DNA of 64,000 nt from the NCBI GenBank assembly GCA_038999725.1, contig JAWBWS010000002.1, positions 1 through 64,000 of the forward strand. Direction: 5' to 3'. Source of the DNA: Candidatus Aenigmatarchaeota archaeon (GTDB lineage: Archaea; Aenigmatarchaeota; Aenigmatarchaeia; CG10238-14; SCSR01). The notes below the pieces were generated by a model. The model ran no database searches. It was not told where the DNA came from and saw only the letters and a program-made list of their open reading frames with translations. Positions within the stretch are counted from its first letter, which is position 1, and every line of letters begins with the position of its first letter. Made by a program: the position numbers and the translations under genes. Below, in pieces: positions 47,047-56,333 of the stretch.

Positions 47047-48642
47047 CTATCTATCTTTAAGGAGTTCTTTACTTAAAAATAAAAGTGGGAAGATGAAAAA
47101 GAGAAGTGGTAGAAATGGTATGTGAATGTAAGGTCTGTTGCATTTAAAACCACAAGGCATGGGTGTCAGCCTTATATCAACTTCATAAATATAACCATTC
47201 AAAACCTCTTCTAATATCCTGCTCCTGGGCCCATATTTAAAGAACTGTGGAATATAGTGTTCAAGTAATGGATTGGAAAGTATCTTGAAACTGTTTTGTT
47301 CTGTAAACCAGTCACCTCTCATATCCATAGTTTTCCAGTCATAAGCATCGTCTTCAGCAAAACCTAACCCTAGGATGTTCACGATAATGGACAACACAGC
47401 CAAGAATAAAAATAATTTCTTGGCATGGTTTTTGCTCAGGAGGTAAATCAGGGGAATGAATAGGAAAGGTGTGATTGGAAGGAAATATCTTTCTCCGAAA
47501 CAATAGCCACCCCACCAAATTCTTCTCATCGAAACAAAAATTGGGAATAGTAATAAAAGTGAAAAAATGAAAATAGACTCAAGCTTGTATTTTTTGCTCA
47601 TCAAGATGAGGCCTGGGATTGAAAGTAGCAAAACTGAATGGTAGAAGAAGAGGCCCCTGTAAGGATAAAAGAGCAATCTCAACACAACAAAAAGATTTGG
47701 TTTGGATTCAAAGTGTAATTTTTCGAGAAAGTTTAAGTCAAAGAGGGAAAGTTTTTTAACTTTTACACTTGGAGTTTGGGAAATCTCGTAAGCCCTAATG
47801 AAAATGTTCCTGTCAACATATGTGCTCGCGAAAACAAATGGGTTTTTAAAGTTGACGAAGTTATAGAGCAATAAGGGCAATGCTCCTAGCATGAAGCCAA
47901 AAAATATTGGTAAGAATTGCCTTTTCTTGAAAATTGAAAAGAGTAGGAGGGGTAAAGCCAAAAGTAAGATGGAATGGTCAATTGTTGTTGCAAAGCCTAG
48001 AGCTATGCCACCCAACAACATTTTTCTGAAGGTTGTGTGGGAGAGAAGTGTGTAGAAAGAGAGAAAAGCAAAGAAAGTCGAAGTTGCGTGATTCATGAAA
48101 TGAAGAGAATATGGGAATTGAAGTGTGGCTAAACCGTAAGTCAGAGCAACAGAAGCTTTCCATCTTTCACTTTTCAGAAACATTGAAGAAACTTTGAACA
48201 CGAGCACAACTGTTAATGCTGAAAAAATTGTTGAAGAAAATATCGTGAGAAAAATCATCGAGTAGTAATCTAATAAACCGAGGTTGACATACCAGTAAAT
48301 TTTCTCCTTACCAGAAATGTCTTCATAAAAAATATTGGGATTAAAGCTATACTCTTCTTTTAATTTGGATGGTAAAAACTGGTAGAGCCTGGACCAAAAA
48401 ATGTAAATTGGTTGAGAAATTATAGCTAACCCAGGATCTTTATCAGAGTAATAATGCCCGTTGAAAACAGCCCTATCTCCTGTGGTGTTGTAGAAAGAAT
48501 CTATCTCAAATCTGTTTTCTTCTCCTATTGCCTTCACGAGAACAAAATGAGATTGTTCGTTCCAACCATACCAGTTGATGAAAAGAGAATAGAATATGAA
48601 AAATGATAAAAAAACTTTAAATTCTTTCTTCATTCGACTCAT
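47047..48642 (-). CDS. Polytopic membrane protein, probable GT-C glycosyltransferase
   Basis: NE.S, GD.A...GHYYSDK.PG, RGLF, WWGG..FG.RY; many TMs. Confidence 0.7.
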   Translation of the reverse strand: MSRMKKEFKVFLSFFIFYSLFINWYGWNEQSHFVLVKAIGEENRFEIDSFYNTTGDRAVFNGHYYSDKDPGLAIISQPIYIFWSRLYQFLPSKLKEEYSFNPNIFYEDISGKEKIYWYVNLGLLDYYSMIFLTIFSSTIFSALTVVLVFKVSSMFLKSERWKASVALTYGLATLQFPYSLHFMNHATSTFFAFLSFYTLLSHTTFRKMLLGGIALGFATTIDHSILLLALPLLLFSIFKKRQFLPIFFGFMLGALPLLLYNFVNFKNPFVFASTYVDRNIFIRAYEISQTPSVKVKKLSLFDLNFLEKLHFESKPNLFVVLRLLFYPYRGLFFYHSVLLLSIPGLILMSKKYKLESIFIFSLLLLFPIFVSMRRIWWGGYCFGERYFLPITPFLFIPLIYLLSKNHAKKLFLFLAVLSIIVNILGLGFAEDDAYDWKTMDMRGDWFTEQNSFKILSNPLLEHYIPQFFKYGPRSRILEEVLNGYIYEVDIRLTPMPCGFKCNRPYIHIPFLPLLFFIFPLLFLSKELLKDR

Positions 48643-48656
48643 ACTAAAATTGGTAT

Positions 48657-49946
48657 TTAAAAAATTAAATTCAAGAGGAAATCACAAAAATCTTCTGAAG
48701 TCATGTTGCTTTTCACCTTAACCTTTTTGTTTAAGATTACAAAACCCTTATCTTCTGGAAGAGAAGAAATGGTCCTACTCAAAATAAAATCTGAAAAACG
48801 ATAATTTTTTCCACTCAAATAGAATTCTTTATCTTCAATGATTTTAGGAAGCTTTCTCTTCAACAAAATTCCTGAATCAAAATCTTCAACATCAAACATT
48901 TCATACCCATATGGTAAAGTCCTCATTTCAGAAAAAATTTCCTTCAACTCTTCTTTCACTTCTTCCTTATTTTCAGCTTGAATAAAAATCTTTAGCTCTT
49001 CATCTATACCCTCTTCAAGCGTGTAAGCTTTCGTCCTTGAAAAATCTATTTCTTCCCTATAGTCAAATTCAAGAAGTCCCAATTCTTTCAATATTTTATT
49101 GATGTTGATTTTCTCCACAACTTTAGGGGGAAATTCTTCTTTAACTCCTCTGTTTGAAACTATAACTACCAGTTTGTTTGGCTTGTTTATTTTTCCAATG
49201 AAATCATCCAGTTCAATGAAATAATTTTCAATCACCCCACCATATCTCTCTATCTCTTTTTCAGTCACATAGCTACCAAATTTGTGAGGATGAGAATACA
49301 TCCAAAAATACTGTTCAATCCTTAAAGGTGAGGAAAAAACGAGAAAAGAGATTCTTGGTTTAAACTTTTCCCTCAAATAGAAAAACTCTCTCACATTCCT
49401 ATCGAGAAGATAAAACTCGTAAACCAAATCTTTCTCGGCTTTATTTTGTGGCAGCATCACTTTAAGCCAGTAAACTTTTCTGAGAAATTCTGTTATTGGA
49501 TTTTTGAAAATCAATAAAGCTTTAGAGTCGTATATCTCTTCAGGATATTCTTTCTTACCTTCAAACTCATCAGGAATCATGAATAAACCGTGTTCGGAAA
49601 CATTTGGCCAGTAAAGAGTTCCAAAACTTGTATTTCTCTCCTTCAATTTATTCCATAAGGATGTTTCATTGCATATGGTAAGAGAGTTCCAAGCTGAATA
49701 TGAGTCTAGTTTTGAAGTTGTGTAAAATGGTACAAATGTGCCTTCTTTAACAATCTTTTCTACATTTGGCAACTTCTTTTTTTCTATAAGAGATTGAAAA
49801 ACTTCATAGTCTCCACCATCCAATCCTATAACTAAAATCTCTTTTTCAGGTAAACTGAAAAGAAAGGGATAGAGAAAAGGGTAGAGGGAGAGGGAGAAAA
49901 GGATCGTGAAGGAAATGGCTATGATGAGTACATTCTTAAGCACCAT
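48657..49946 (-). CDS. Alkaline-phosphatase superfamily (type I phosphodiesterase-like) protein, divergent
   Basis: N-terminal TM, VIGLDG, AW.SL, D..IG, IVSNRG in place of SDHG, IDFSRTKAY. Confidence 0.7.
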   Translation of the reverse strand: MVLKNVLIIAISFTILFSLSLYPFLYPFLFSLPEKEILVIGLDGGDYEVFQSLIEKKKLPNVEKIVKEGTFVPFYTTSKLDSYSAWNSLTICNETSLWNKLKERNTSFGTLYWPNVSEHGLFMIPDEFEGKKEYPEEIYDSKALLIFKNPITEFLRKVYWLKVMLPQNKAEKDLVYEFYLLDRNVREFFYLREKFKPRISFLVFSSPLRIEQYFWMYSHPHKFGSYVTEKEIERYGGVIENYFIELDDFIGKINKPNKLVVIVSNRGVKEEFPPKVVEKININKILKELGLLEFDYREEIDFSRTKAYTLEEGIDEELKIFIQAENKEEVKEELKEIFSEMRTLPYGYEMFDVEDFDSGILLKRKLPKIIEDKEFYLSGKNYRFSDFILSRTISSLPEDKGFVILNKKVKVKSNMTSEDFCDFLLNLIF

Positions 49947-49998
49947 GCTTTATTTTTAGAGCGTTAAGGATTTATTTCTCATGTTATAAGAAATTCTT

Positions 49999-50790
49999 AT
50001 GTTGAACAATTTGAAAAAAATTTATTCCTCAAAAAACATCATATTGAGTTTGGCTTTCACCGACTTAAAGATAAGGTATGTTGGTTCTTACTTGGGCATT
50101 TTCTGGTCTCTGCTCGAGCCTTTGTTATTGATTTCTGTATATTCAATAATTTTTCCCCTGATATTGAAAACAGATTTCTTGGAATGGTTTTTGCCTTTTA
50201 TTTGTGGTTTAATTCCCTATCGCTTCTTCAAAAGAGGTGTGATGGAAATGACAACTTGTCTAGTTGATTTTTCAAGTGTGCTTGAAAAATCTCTAATGAA
50301 TCCTGAAAATGTAATCTATGCAAAGGCGATTTCCACTTCACTCTCATTTTTTATAGAGCTTTTCATACTTCTTATCCTCGTGAGTATTTTCGTGCCGTTA
50401 TCACCATTTATCCTTTTATTACCTATTGTTTTTTCAATAAACTTTTTACTGAATTTGGGGCTTGGTATGTATCTTTCTGTCTTTTTCCCAAGGATGAGAG
50501 ATATAAGCTACATCCTTACAATCCTATTTGAAGCTCTGATGTTTTTGACCCCTATTGTTTACAGGATTGAATACATACCAAGCCTCTATAGAGGGATTTA
50601 CCTGCTCAACCCCATAGCAAGATTAATTTACGTTTATCAAGCTATTTTCCTCCACTCATCCCAAAAATTCGCTAAATACCTTTCAATATCACATGAACTA
50701 ATGTTGTTGTTTTTATTTTCTTCAGCTGTATTTATAATTGGGTACAAGAAGTTTGAAAGCAAAAGAGAAATTGGTTTGGAGTTGAGCTAA
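49999..50790 (+). CDS. wzm: Polysaccharide ABC exporter permease (Wzm/RfbA-like)
   Basis: DLK.RY.GS.LG..WSLL.PL, RD, FLTPIVY, LNP. Confidence 0.92.
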   Translation: MLNNLKKIYSSKNIILSLAFTDLKIRYVGSYLGIFWSLLEPLLLISVYSIIFPLILKTDFLEWFLPFICGLIPYRFFKRGVMEMTTCLVDFSSVLEKSLMNPENVIYAKAISTSLSFFIELFILLILVSIFVPLSPFILLLPIVFSINFLLNLGLGMYLSVFFPRMRDISYILTILFEALMFLTPIVYRIEYIPSLYRGIYLLNPIARLIYVYQAIFLHSSQKFAKYLSISHELMLLFLFSSAVFIIGYKKFESKREIGLELS

Positions 50791-52163
50791 TGGCGGTAAT
50801 AGAACTGAAGAATGTTTGGAAAGAATTCTCTCTTGAGAGAGAAAAGGAAATGACACTCAAGGAAAGATTTGTAAATTTAGGTAAGAGAAAAAAAGAAGAA
50901 AAGATTGTGGCTTTGAAAAATATCAATTTAAGTGTTGAAAGAGGAGAATGCTTAGGAATCTTGGGAAAAAATGGGTCTGGGAAGACAACTCTCCTGAAAA
51001 TAATTGCAGGGATACTTAAGCCAAATAGAGGATCTGTAAGGGTTGAGGGAAAAATAGCTCCAATACTTGCTCTTGGTCTTGGTTTTCAAAGGGAGTTAAC
51101 AGCAAAGGAGAACCTATATCTCTATGCTTCAATTCTTGGCTTGGATAAGAAAAAAACAGATGAAATATATGAAAAAATAGTGAAATTCTCTGAACTAGAA
51201 AAGATGATGGATGTTAAACTTAAAGACTTTTCAGATGGTATGATAATGAGACTCTCTTTCTCGATAGCATTTCACATAGATGCTGACATAATACTTATAG
51301 ATGAGGTACTGGCTGTTGGAGATGCTTCATTCCAAGCAAAATGTTTAGAGAAAATTAAGCAGTTAAAAGAAGAAGGTAAAACAATAGTCATAGTCCTTCA
51401 TACCACAGCTGAGATAAGAAAACTTTGTAATAGGGCTTTGATACTTGAGAAGGGTGAAATTATTTTTTCTGGGCAAGCAAGTGAAGTGTGTGAAAAATAT
51501 GATGAAATCATAGAAAATGAGAGGTTGAAGAGATTCAATGAAATGGTGATGGAAGAAACTGGCATAAAATTCAATGTTTTTTGTGAGGAAGAATTCATCT
51601 TGAAGAAAGGTAAAAAATGCTTAATAGAAGTAAAAATTGATAAGCCTATAGAATTACTTGAATTGTTCTTTGTGGGAAGGAATAGTGTGAGGGTGTTTAG
51701 CAAAAATCTTGATAATGGAAAAATAGTTTTTCAAATAGATTCTTTGCCTCTTCCTCAAGATGAATATGAAGTTTGGATTAGACATGAGGGTAAATTTTTA
51801 TCACAAAAACCATTCAAGGTAATTGTGAAAGGTTGGGAAGAAAGTAGAGAAAACAAGATTTATATGCTGCCTAGTTCAAGTTATCCATTTCAAGATTTGA
51901 CTGTTGTTTTTGGTGAAAATCCTGAAAAAGAGATGAAGATGTTTGAAGAGGGTAAAACAATATTTATCTTCAGTAATTTGGAAAAAATAGATGAGAAAGA
52001 AAATGCTTGCCTTTTTAGCGGAAGAAAACTATTGCTGAAGGGAAGAGGGGAACATGTTTTGAGAGAATTAAAAGAAAAAGTTTGGCATGATTTGGCTACA
52101 AGATATTTTAGTGATATCCTGATGAATAACCAAGTGGGAAAGGTTTTAATGGGGGTTTCATGA
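50790..52163 (+). CDS. wzt: Polysaccharide ABC exporter ATPase (Wzt) with C-terminal extension
   Basis: GKNGSGKT, GF..ELT..EN, FS.GM..RL.F, IDEVLAVGD..FQ.KC; about 200-aa extra C-terminal region. Confidence 0.92.
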   Translation: MAVIELKNVWKEFSLEREKEMTLKERFVNLGKRKKEEKIVALKNINLSVERGECLGILGKNGSGKTTLLKIIAGILKPNRGSVRVEGKIAPILALGLGFQRELTAKENLYLYASILGLDKKKTDEIYEKIVKFSELEKMMDVKLKDFSDGMIMRLSFSIAFHIDADIILIDEVLAVGDASFQAKCLEKIKQLKEEGKTIVIVLHTTAEIRKLCNRALILEKGEIIFSGQASEVCEKYDEIIENERLKRFNEMVMEETGIKFNVFCEEEFILKKGKKCLIEVKIDKPIELLELFFVGRNSVRVFSKNLDNGKIVFQIDSLPLPQDEYEVWIRHEGKFLSQKPFKVIVKGWEESRENKIYMLPSSSYPFQDLTVVFGENPEKEMKMFEEGKTIFIFSNLEKIDEKENACLFSGRKLLLKGRGEHVLRELKEKVWHDLATRYFSDILMNNQVGKVLMGVS

Positions 52164-53293
52164 GAGAAATAGTGAAAAAAATTTTAGAGGTTATAGGACA
52201 CGAAGATGTGGTATTTGTTGGGAGAGAAAACCAAAAGGAGATAAAAACTATTCGACCTGAAGAATTAGAACTTTACCCAAGAAAATTTAGAAATATAATA
52301 ATTGAAGATCTTGACCAAATAGATGAAAAGATTATTGAAAAAATAGCAAGAATGGGGGATTGTCTGTGGATACCAGTTTCTATGGATAAACTTATAAGAA
52401 AAGTTGATTCTGTAATTGAAGGCATGATTGAAAAAGAAGAGTTTGAAGAAGTGAATGTGAACAAAAAAATGGAGATATTGAAAAAATTGTTTGATGGTAA
52501 TATATTTGTTGCAAATTTTAACCTATCTGATAAAGCAGTTGTAATACCAAGAGAGATGGAAAAAATTCCCAGTGATGTGAAAATTGAGCCATTCTCCTCG
52601 TTTTTCCTCAATTTAAGTATGGTTGAATATTTGAAGTTAAAGTTAGAGGAAGTCAAAAGCGAGAAAGAAAGGTTAAGTAAGGAGTTAGAAGAAGAAAGAA
52701 GTAAAGTTAGAAGCGAGAGTGAAAAGGTTAAACTTGTGAGTGAGGAGCTGGAAAAAATAAAAAAGGAGAAGGAAGAATTGCAGAAGAGATTTGAGACTGA
52801 GAAAAAGGAATTGCAGAAGAGATTTAGAAGAGAAGTGGTCAGAATTTTGAAAGAGAAGGAAAGGTTGGAAGATGAGAAAAAGGAATTGCAAAGTGAGATT
52901 GAGGAAGAGAGAAAAAGGTTGGAAGATGAGATTGAAAGGTTGAAAAAAGAAAGAGAAAAAAGTATCTCCAACTTAGAAGCTAGAATTTTGAAAGAGAAGA
53001 AAAGGTTGGAAGATGAGAAAAAGGAATTGCAGAAGAGATTTAGAAGAGAAGTGGTCAGAATTTTGAAAGAGAAGGAAAGGTTGGAAGATGAGAAAAAGGA
53101 ATTGCAAAGTGAGATTGAGGAAGAGAGAAAAAGGTTGGAAGATGAGATTGAAAGGTTGAAAGAAAAATTTGAAATAGAGAAAAAAGCCATAGAGGAACAG
53201 TATAAAGAAGAATTGAAAAAAATTGTGTTTGAAATGGGCTTAAAAATAGAGGAAAAGGAAGAAGAGTTGAAAAGATTGAGGGGATGGAGATAA
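52160..53293 (+). CDS. Coiled-coil protein with repeat-expanded C-terminal half
   Basis: About 150-aa globular N-terminus then about 220 aa E/K/R-rich heptads; ATGA overlap with wzt. Confidence 0.8.
   Translation: MREIVKKILEVIGHEDVVFVGRENQKEIKTIRPEELELYPRKFRNIIIEDLDQIDEKIIEKIARMGDCLWIPVSMDKLIRKVDSVIEGMIEKEEFEEVNVNKKMEILKKLFDGNIFVANFNLSDKAVVIPREMEKIPSDVKIEPFSSFFLNLSMVEYLKLKLEEVKSEKERLSKELEEERSKVRSESEKVKLVSEELEKIKKEKEELQKRFETEKKELQKRFRREVVRILKEKERLEDEKKELQSEIEEERKRLEDEIERLKKEREKSISNLEARILKEKKRLEDEKKELQKRFRREVVRILKEKERLEDEKKELQSEIEEERKRLEDEIERLKEKFEIEKKAIEEQYKEELKKIVFEMGLKIEEKEEELKRLRGWR
52798..53161. repeat. Perfect 148-bp intragenic direct repeat
   Basis: 52798-52945 identical to 53014-53161 (offset 216 bp = 72 aa), itself built of shorter sub-repeats. 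Confidence 0.9.
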
Positions 53294-53299
53294 AAGGAT

Positions 53300-54193
53300 A
53301 TGAAAGTCTCTATAATAGTTTGTTCGACTGGAAGAGAAACTCTTTTTGACTGTCTTAAGTCATTGAAATCTCAAGATTTTGATGAAGATTATGAAATATT
53401 AGTTGTTTCATTTGAAAAATCAATAGAAGAAAGAGTTAAGAATTTTGGAGCAAGGTTCATCTTTTCACCCAAAGCGAATGTTTCTTACCAGAGGAATTTG
53501 GGAATTTTAGAAAGCAGAGGGGAACTTGTTTGTTTTATAGATGATGATGCTGTAGCAGAAAGTTCTTGGATAAAATTTATTTCTGAACCATTCAAGGATG
53601 AGAAAGTCGCTTGTGTTGGAGGAAAAATAAAATTGATGATTAAAGAGAAGATGCCAGAAGCTCTAAAAACTTTGGATGAAAAAGTGATTAAAGGCTTCTT
53701 GGGAGAAACTATGTTGGGAGAAGAGAGAAAAGAAGTAGAAAATCAATTCCTTTGGGGTTGCAACGTTTGTTTCAGGAAAAGTATTTTTGATGAGGTTGGG
53801 TACTTTGATGAAAAAATAGGGAGAACACCGTCCCTACCTTTATGTAATGAAGATATAGAGATTCAGAAGAGAATCCTTAAGAAAGGGTTTAAAATCATTT
53901 ACGAGCCAAGAGCTTTAGTTTGGCATAAAATTCTTCCAGAAAAACTAACTATCAGCTACTTCTTAGAAAGAAGTTTTTGGCAAGGGTATAGTGATGTGTT
54001 GGCTGCAAGGAGGGACGAAAAAGTTAAGAAATTTATGGAAAACATAAAATTCCCCTTCTGGAATTTCCTGATGAAGGAGAAAATCTTTGAAAACATGTTT
54101 GAGACATTTATCACTAAAGATTTAAATGAAAGAGTTTTTAGGTATAAGAAAATGGGAAGAATTGTTGGTTTTCTTGAGTTGATAGGTGAATAA
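53300..54193 (+). CDS. Glycosyltransferase family 2
   Basis: VSIIV, RN.GI, FIDDDA, GCN..FRK..F..VG.FD, ED. Confidence 0.93.
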   Translation: MKVSIIVCSTGRETLFDCLKSLKSQDFDEDYEILVVSFEKSIEERVKNFGARFIFSPKANVSYQRNLGILESRGELVCFIDDDAVAESSWIKFISEPFKDEKVACVGGKIKLMIKEKMPEALKTLDEKVIKGFLGETMLGEERKEVENQFLWGCNVCFRKSIFDEVGYFDEKIGRTPSLPLCNEDIEIQKRILKKGFKIIYEPRALVWHKILPEKLTISYFLERSFWQGYSDVLAARRDEKVKKFMENIKFPFWNFLMKEKIFENMFETFITKDLNERVFRYKKMGRIVGFLELIGE

Positions 54194-55234
54194 ATGGAAG
54201 AACTTAGCAAAAGTCAAATTATGAAATATTTGCTTTCATACTTTACCCTCTTTCCATTCACCAAGCCACTCTTCATAAACATAGGTTTAACACATAGGTG
54301 TAATCTAAGGTGTAAAATATGTGAGACTTGGAAAGTCTGGTCAAAATCGGAAAAAGAATTGAATTTGACTGAACTGAAAAATGTTGTTAATGAAATAGGC
54401 TGGTGGGGGGATATAAACATTAGTTTTGCTGGTGGGGAACCCCTTATCAGGAAGTATGAACTTTTGGAATGTATAAAACTGGCGAAGAAGTGGAAACTTG
54501 TAACCCATGTTACATCAAATGGTCAATTGATTGATAGAAAAACAGCTGAAGAACTTGTATCTTCAGGCTTAGACTATTTACAAATTTCCTTAGACGGAAG
54601 TAAAGAAAAAACAAATGATTATATAAGAGGAGATGGGAGTTACAAGAAGATAATAAAAGCTATAAAGGAAGTAAGGAGAGCTAAAGAGAAACTAAATTCA
54701 AACTTAAAACTTTCCCTTACAACTGTTGTAACAGACAAGAATTTGGATGAATTGTTATATATAGTGAAATTGGTTGAGGACTTCAATCTTCATGAAGTTT
54801 CTTTTAACCCCTATAACTTGGACACATCCTACATAAGGAGCAAAAAGTACGAAGAAGATGAGTTTTGGGTCAAAAAAAAGAACATACCCAAGCTGAAGAG
54901 AATATGTGATGAGCTTATCAAAATAAAGAAGAAAAAAAAGAGGATTGGTACCCCATTCTTCATGCTAAGAATGATGCCAAATTACTTTGAGAAAAGGAGG
55001 AAGTTTAAGGATGGTATCTGTTTGGCCGGGTTTACTTACATGTATATTAAACCAAATGGTGATGTTGATGTGTGTGGAAAAGGTCCTTCTTTAAATGTGA
55101 GGGAGAATTCAATTAAAAAAATATGGTACAGCTTGAATTTTGCAAAAACACGACTCAAAATAATGAGATGTAAGAGACCATGTCTCATGCTTTGTTTTCC
55201 AAGAATAGATTTAAGAATGGTTCTAGGTGAGTGA
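54194..55234 (+). CDS. Radical SAM protein 1 (C-terminal Cys-rich domain, group A)
   Basis: CNLRCKIC, GGEP, SNG, ISLDG; CLAG..C..CKRPCLMLC. Confidence 0.93.
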   Translation: MEELSKSQIMKYLLSYFTLFPFTKPLFINIGLTHRCNLRCKICETWKVWSKSEKELNLTELKNVVNEIGWWGDINISFAGGEPLIRKYELLECIKLAKKWKLVTHVTSNGQLIDRKTAEELVSSGLDYLQISLDGSKEKTNDYIRGDGSYKKIIKAIKEVRRAKEKLNSNLKLSLTTVVTDKNLDELLYIVKLVEDFNLHEVSFNPYNLDTSYIRSKKYEEDEFWVKKKNIPKLKRICDELIKIKKKKKRIGTPFFMLRMMPNYFEKRRKFKDGICLAGFTYMYIKPNGDVDVCGKGPSLNVRENSIKKIWYSLNFAKTRLKIMRCKRPCLMLCFPRIDLRMVLGE

Positions 55235-56333
55235 TGTGAAGAGCCTTTACAGTGGATTTTTAACGTTCCTCAGAGACTATTCACTTAATTGGTTGTCTTA
55301 TCACATTAATTACCCGTTGGTTAAGCCGTGGAGAGTGAATTTTGACATAACTCAAAGGTGTCCATTGAGATGTATAATGTGTAATGTTTGGAGAGAGAAG
55401 GCGAAAGTTTCTAAAGAGCTCACTTTAGATGAATTAAGAAGGCTTGTGGATGAAATTGCTGAATGGGGAATAGATCATATATCTCTTGCGGGAGGGGAAA
55501 CTTTGGTTAGAGCTAGAGATGTGGTGGAATTTATAAAACACGCCTCAAGCAAGCTTAATATGAGAGTTGATTTGATAACAAACGGTTATTATCTGGATGA
55601 AAAGTTGTGTAAAGAGTTGTTAGAGGCAAAAGTTTCTAAAATTTCTCTTTCTGTGGATGGAGCGAAAAGGGAAACGCACGATTTCATAAGAGGTAAAGGA
55701 AGTTTTGATAGAGTTATGAGAGCGGCTAGAATTCTCACAAAAATTAAAAAAAGGATGAAGAGCGATGTGGAGCTTGAATTCACAACAGTTGTTACATCTT
55801 ACAATTTTAAAGAACTTGTAGATATCTTTAACTTGATGAGGAAACTTGGATTTCACTACATCACTTATCAAGCTGTTGTTCCAGACAACACCTTCACAAG
55901 AAGGCTAGATGTTTTCTACAAATTTTATGAGAGTGATGTGTGGATAAAAGAAAAAGACTTACCTGAACTGGAAAATATAGTGAAAAAACTTGTTTTGTTG
56001 AAGAAGAAAACGGGACAAATAAGAAATACAAGAAGATACCTGCTTTTTTTACCGGAGTACTTCAGGAAAAAGGAAAGATTCAAAACAGGAAAGTGTATAG
56101 TTGGTTATAGCTACATGAACATAGACGCCTACGGTAAGTTGAATGTTTGTGGCCTTGGTCCTAAAATTAGTGTGAAGGATGGGAAATTGAAAAATTTGTG
56201 GAAAAGCAAAAGGTATAAGCTAACAAGGGTCTTGATAAAAAGATGTAAGAGGCCTTGCTTGATGTTGTGTTATGAAAAACTGAATTTCAAAGAACTTTTG
56301 GAAGCATGGCTGGAGTTAAGAGGATGGATTTGA
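55227..56333 (+). CDS. Radical SAM protein 2 (group A)
   Basis: CPLRCIMC, GGET, TNG, SVDG; CIVG..C..CKRPCLMLC. Confidence 0.93.
   Translation: MSDVKSLYSGFLTFLRDYSLNWLSYHINYPLVKPWRVNFDITQRCPLRCIMCNVWREKAKVSKELTLDELRRLVDEIAEWGIDHISLAGGETLVRARDVVEFIKHASSKLNMRVDLITNGYYLDEKLCKELLEAKVSKISLSVDGAKRETHDFIRGKGSFDRVMRAARILTKIKKRMKSDVELEFTTVVTSYNFKELVDIFNLMRKLGFHYITYQAVVPDNTFTRRLDVFYKFYESDVWIKEKDLPELENIVKKLVLLKKKTGQIRNTRRYLLFLPEYFRKKERFKTGKCIVGYSYMNIDAYGKLNVCGLGPKISVKDGKLKNLWKSKRYKLTRVLIKRCKRPCLMLCYEKLNFKELLEAWLELRGWI

Noticed and set aside
48657..49946. Sulfatase matured by the radical SAM enzymes (anSME model)
   Set aside because: No (C/S)xPxR motif, and the radical SAM proteins lack the full multi-Cys anSME SPASM pattern.
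52770..53165. Repeats resembling a CRISPR array
   Set aside because: In-frame coding repeats with no unique spacers and no cas genes.
52273..53190. 305-aa antisense ORF rich in Ser/Phe/Leu
   Set aside because: Mirror of the GAA/AAA-rich coiled-coil gene; no independent coding signal.
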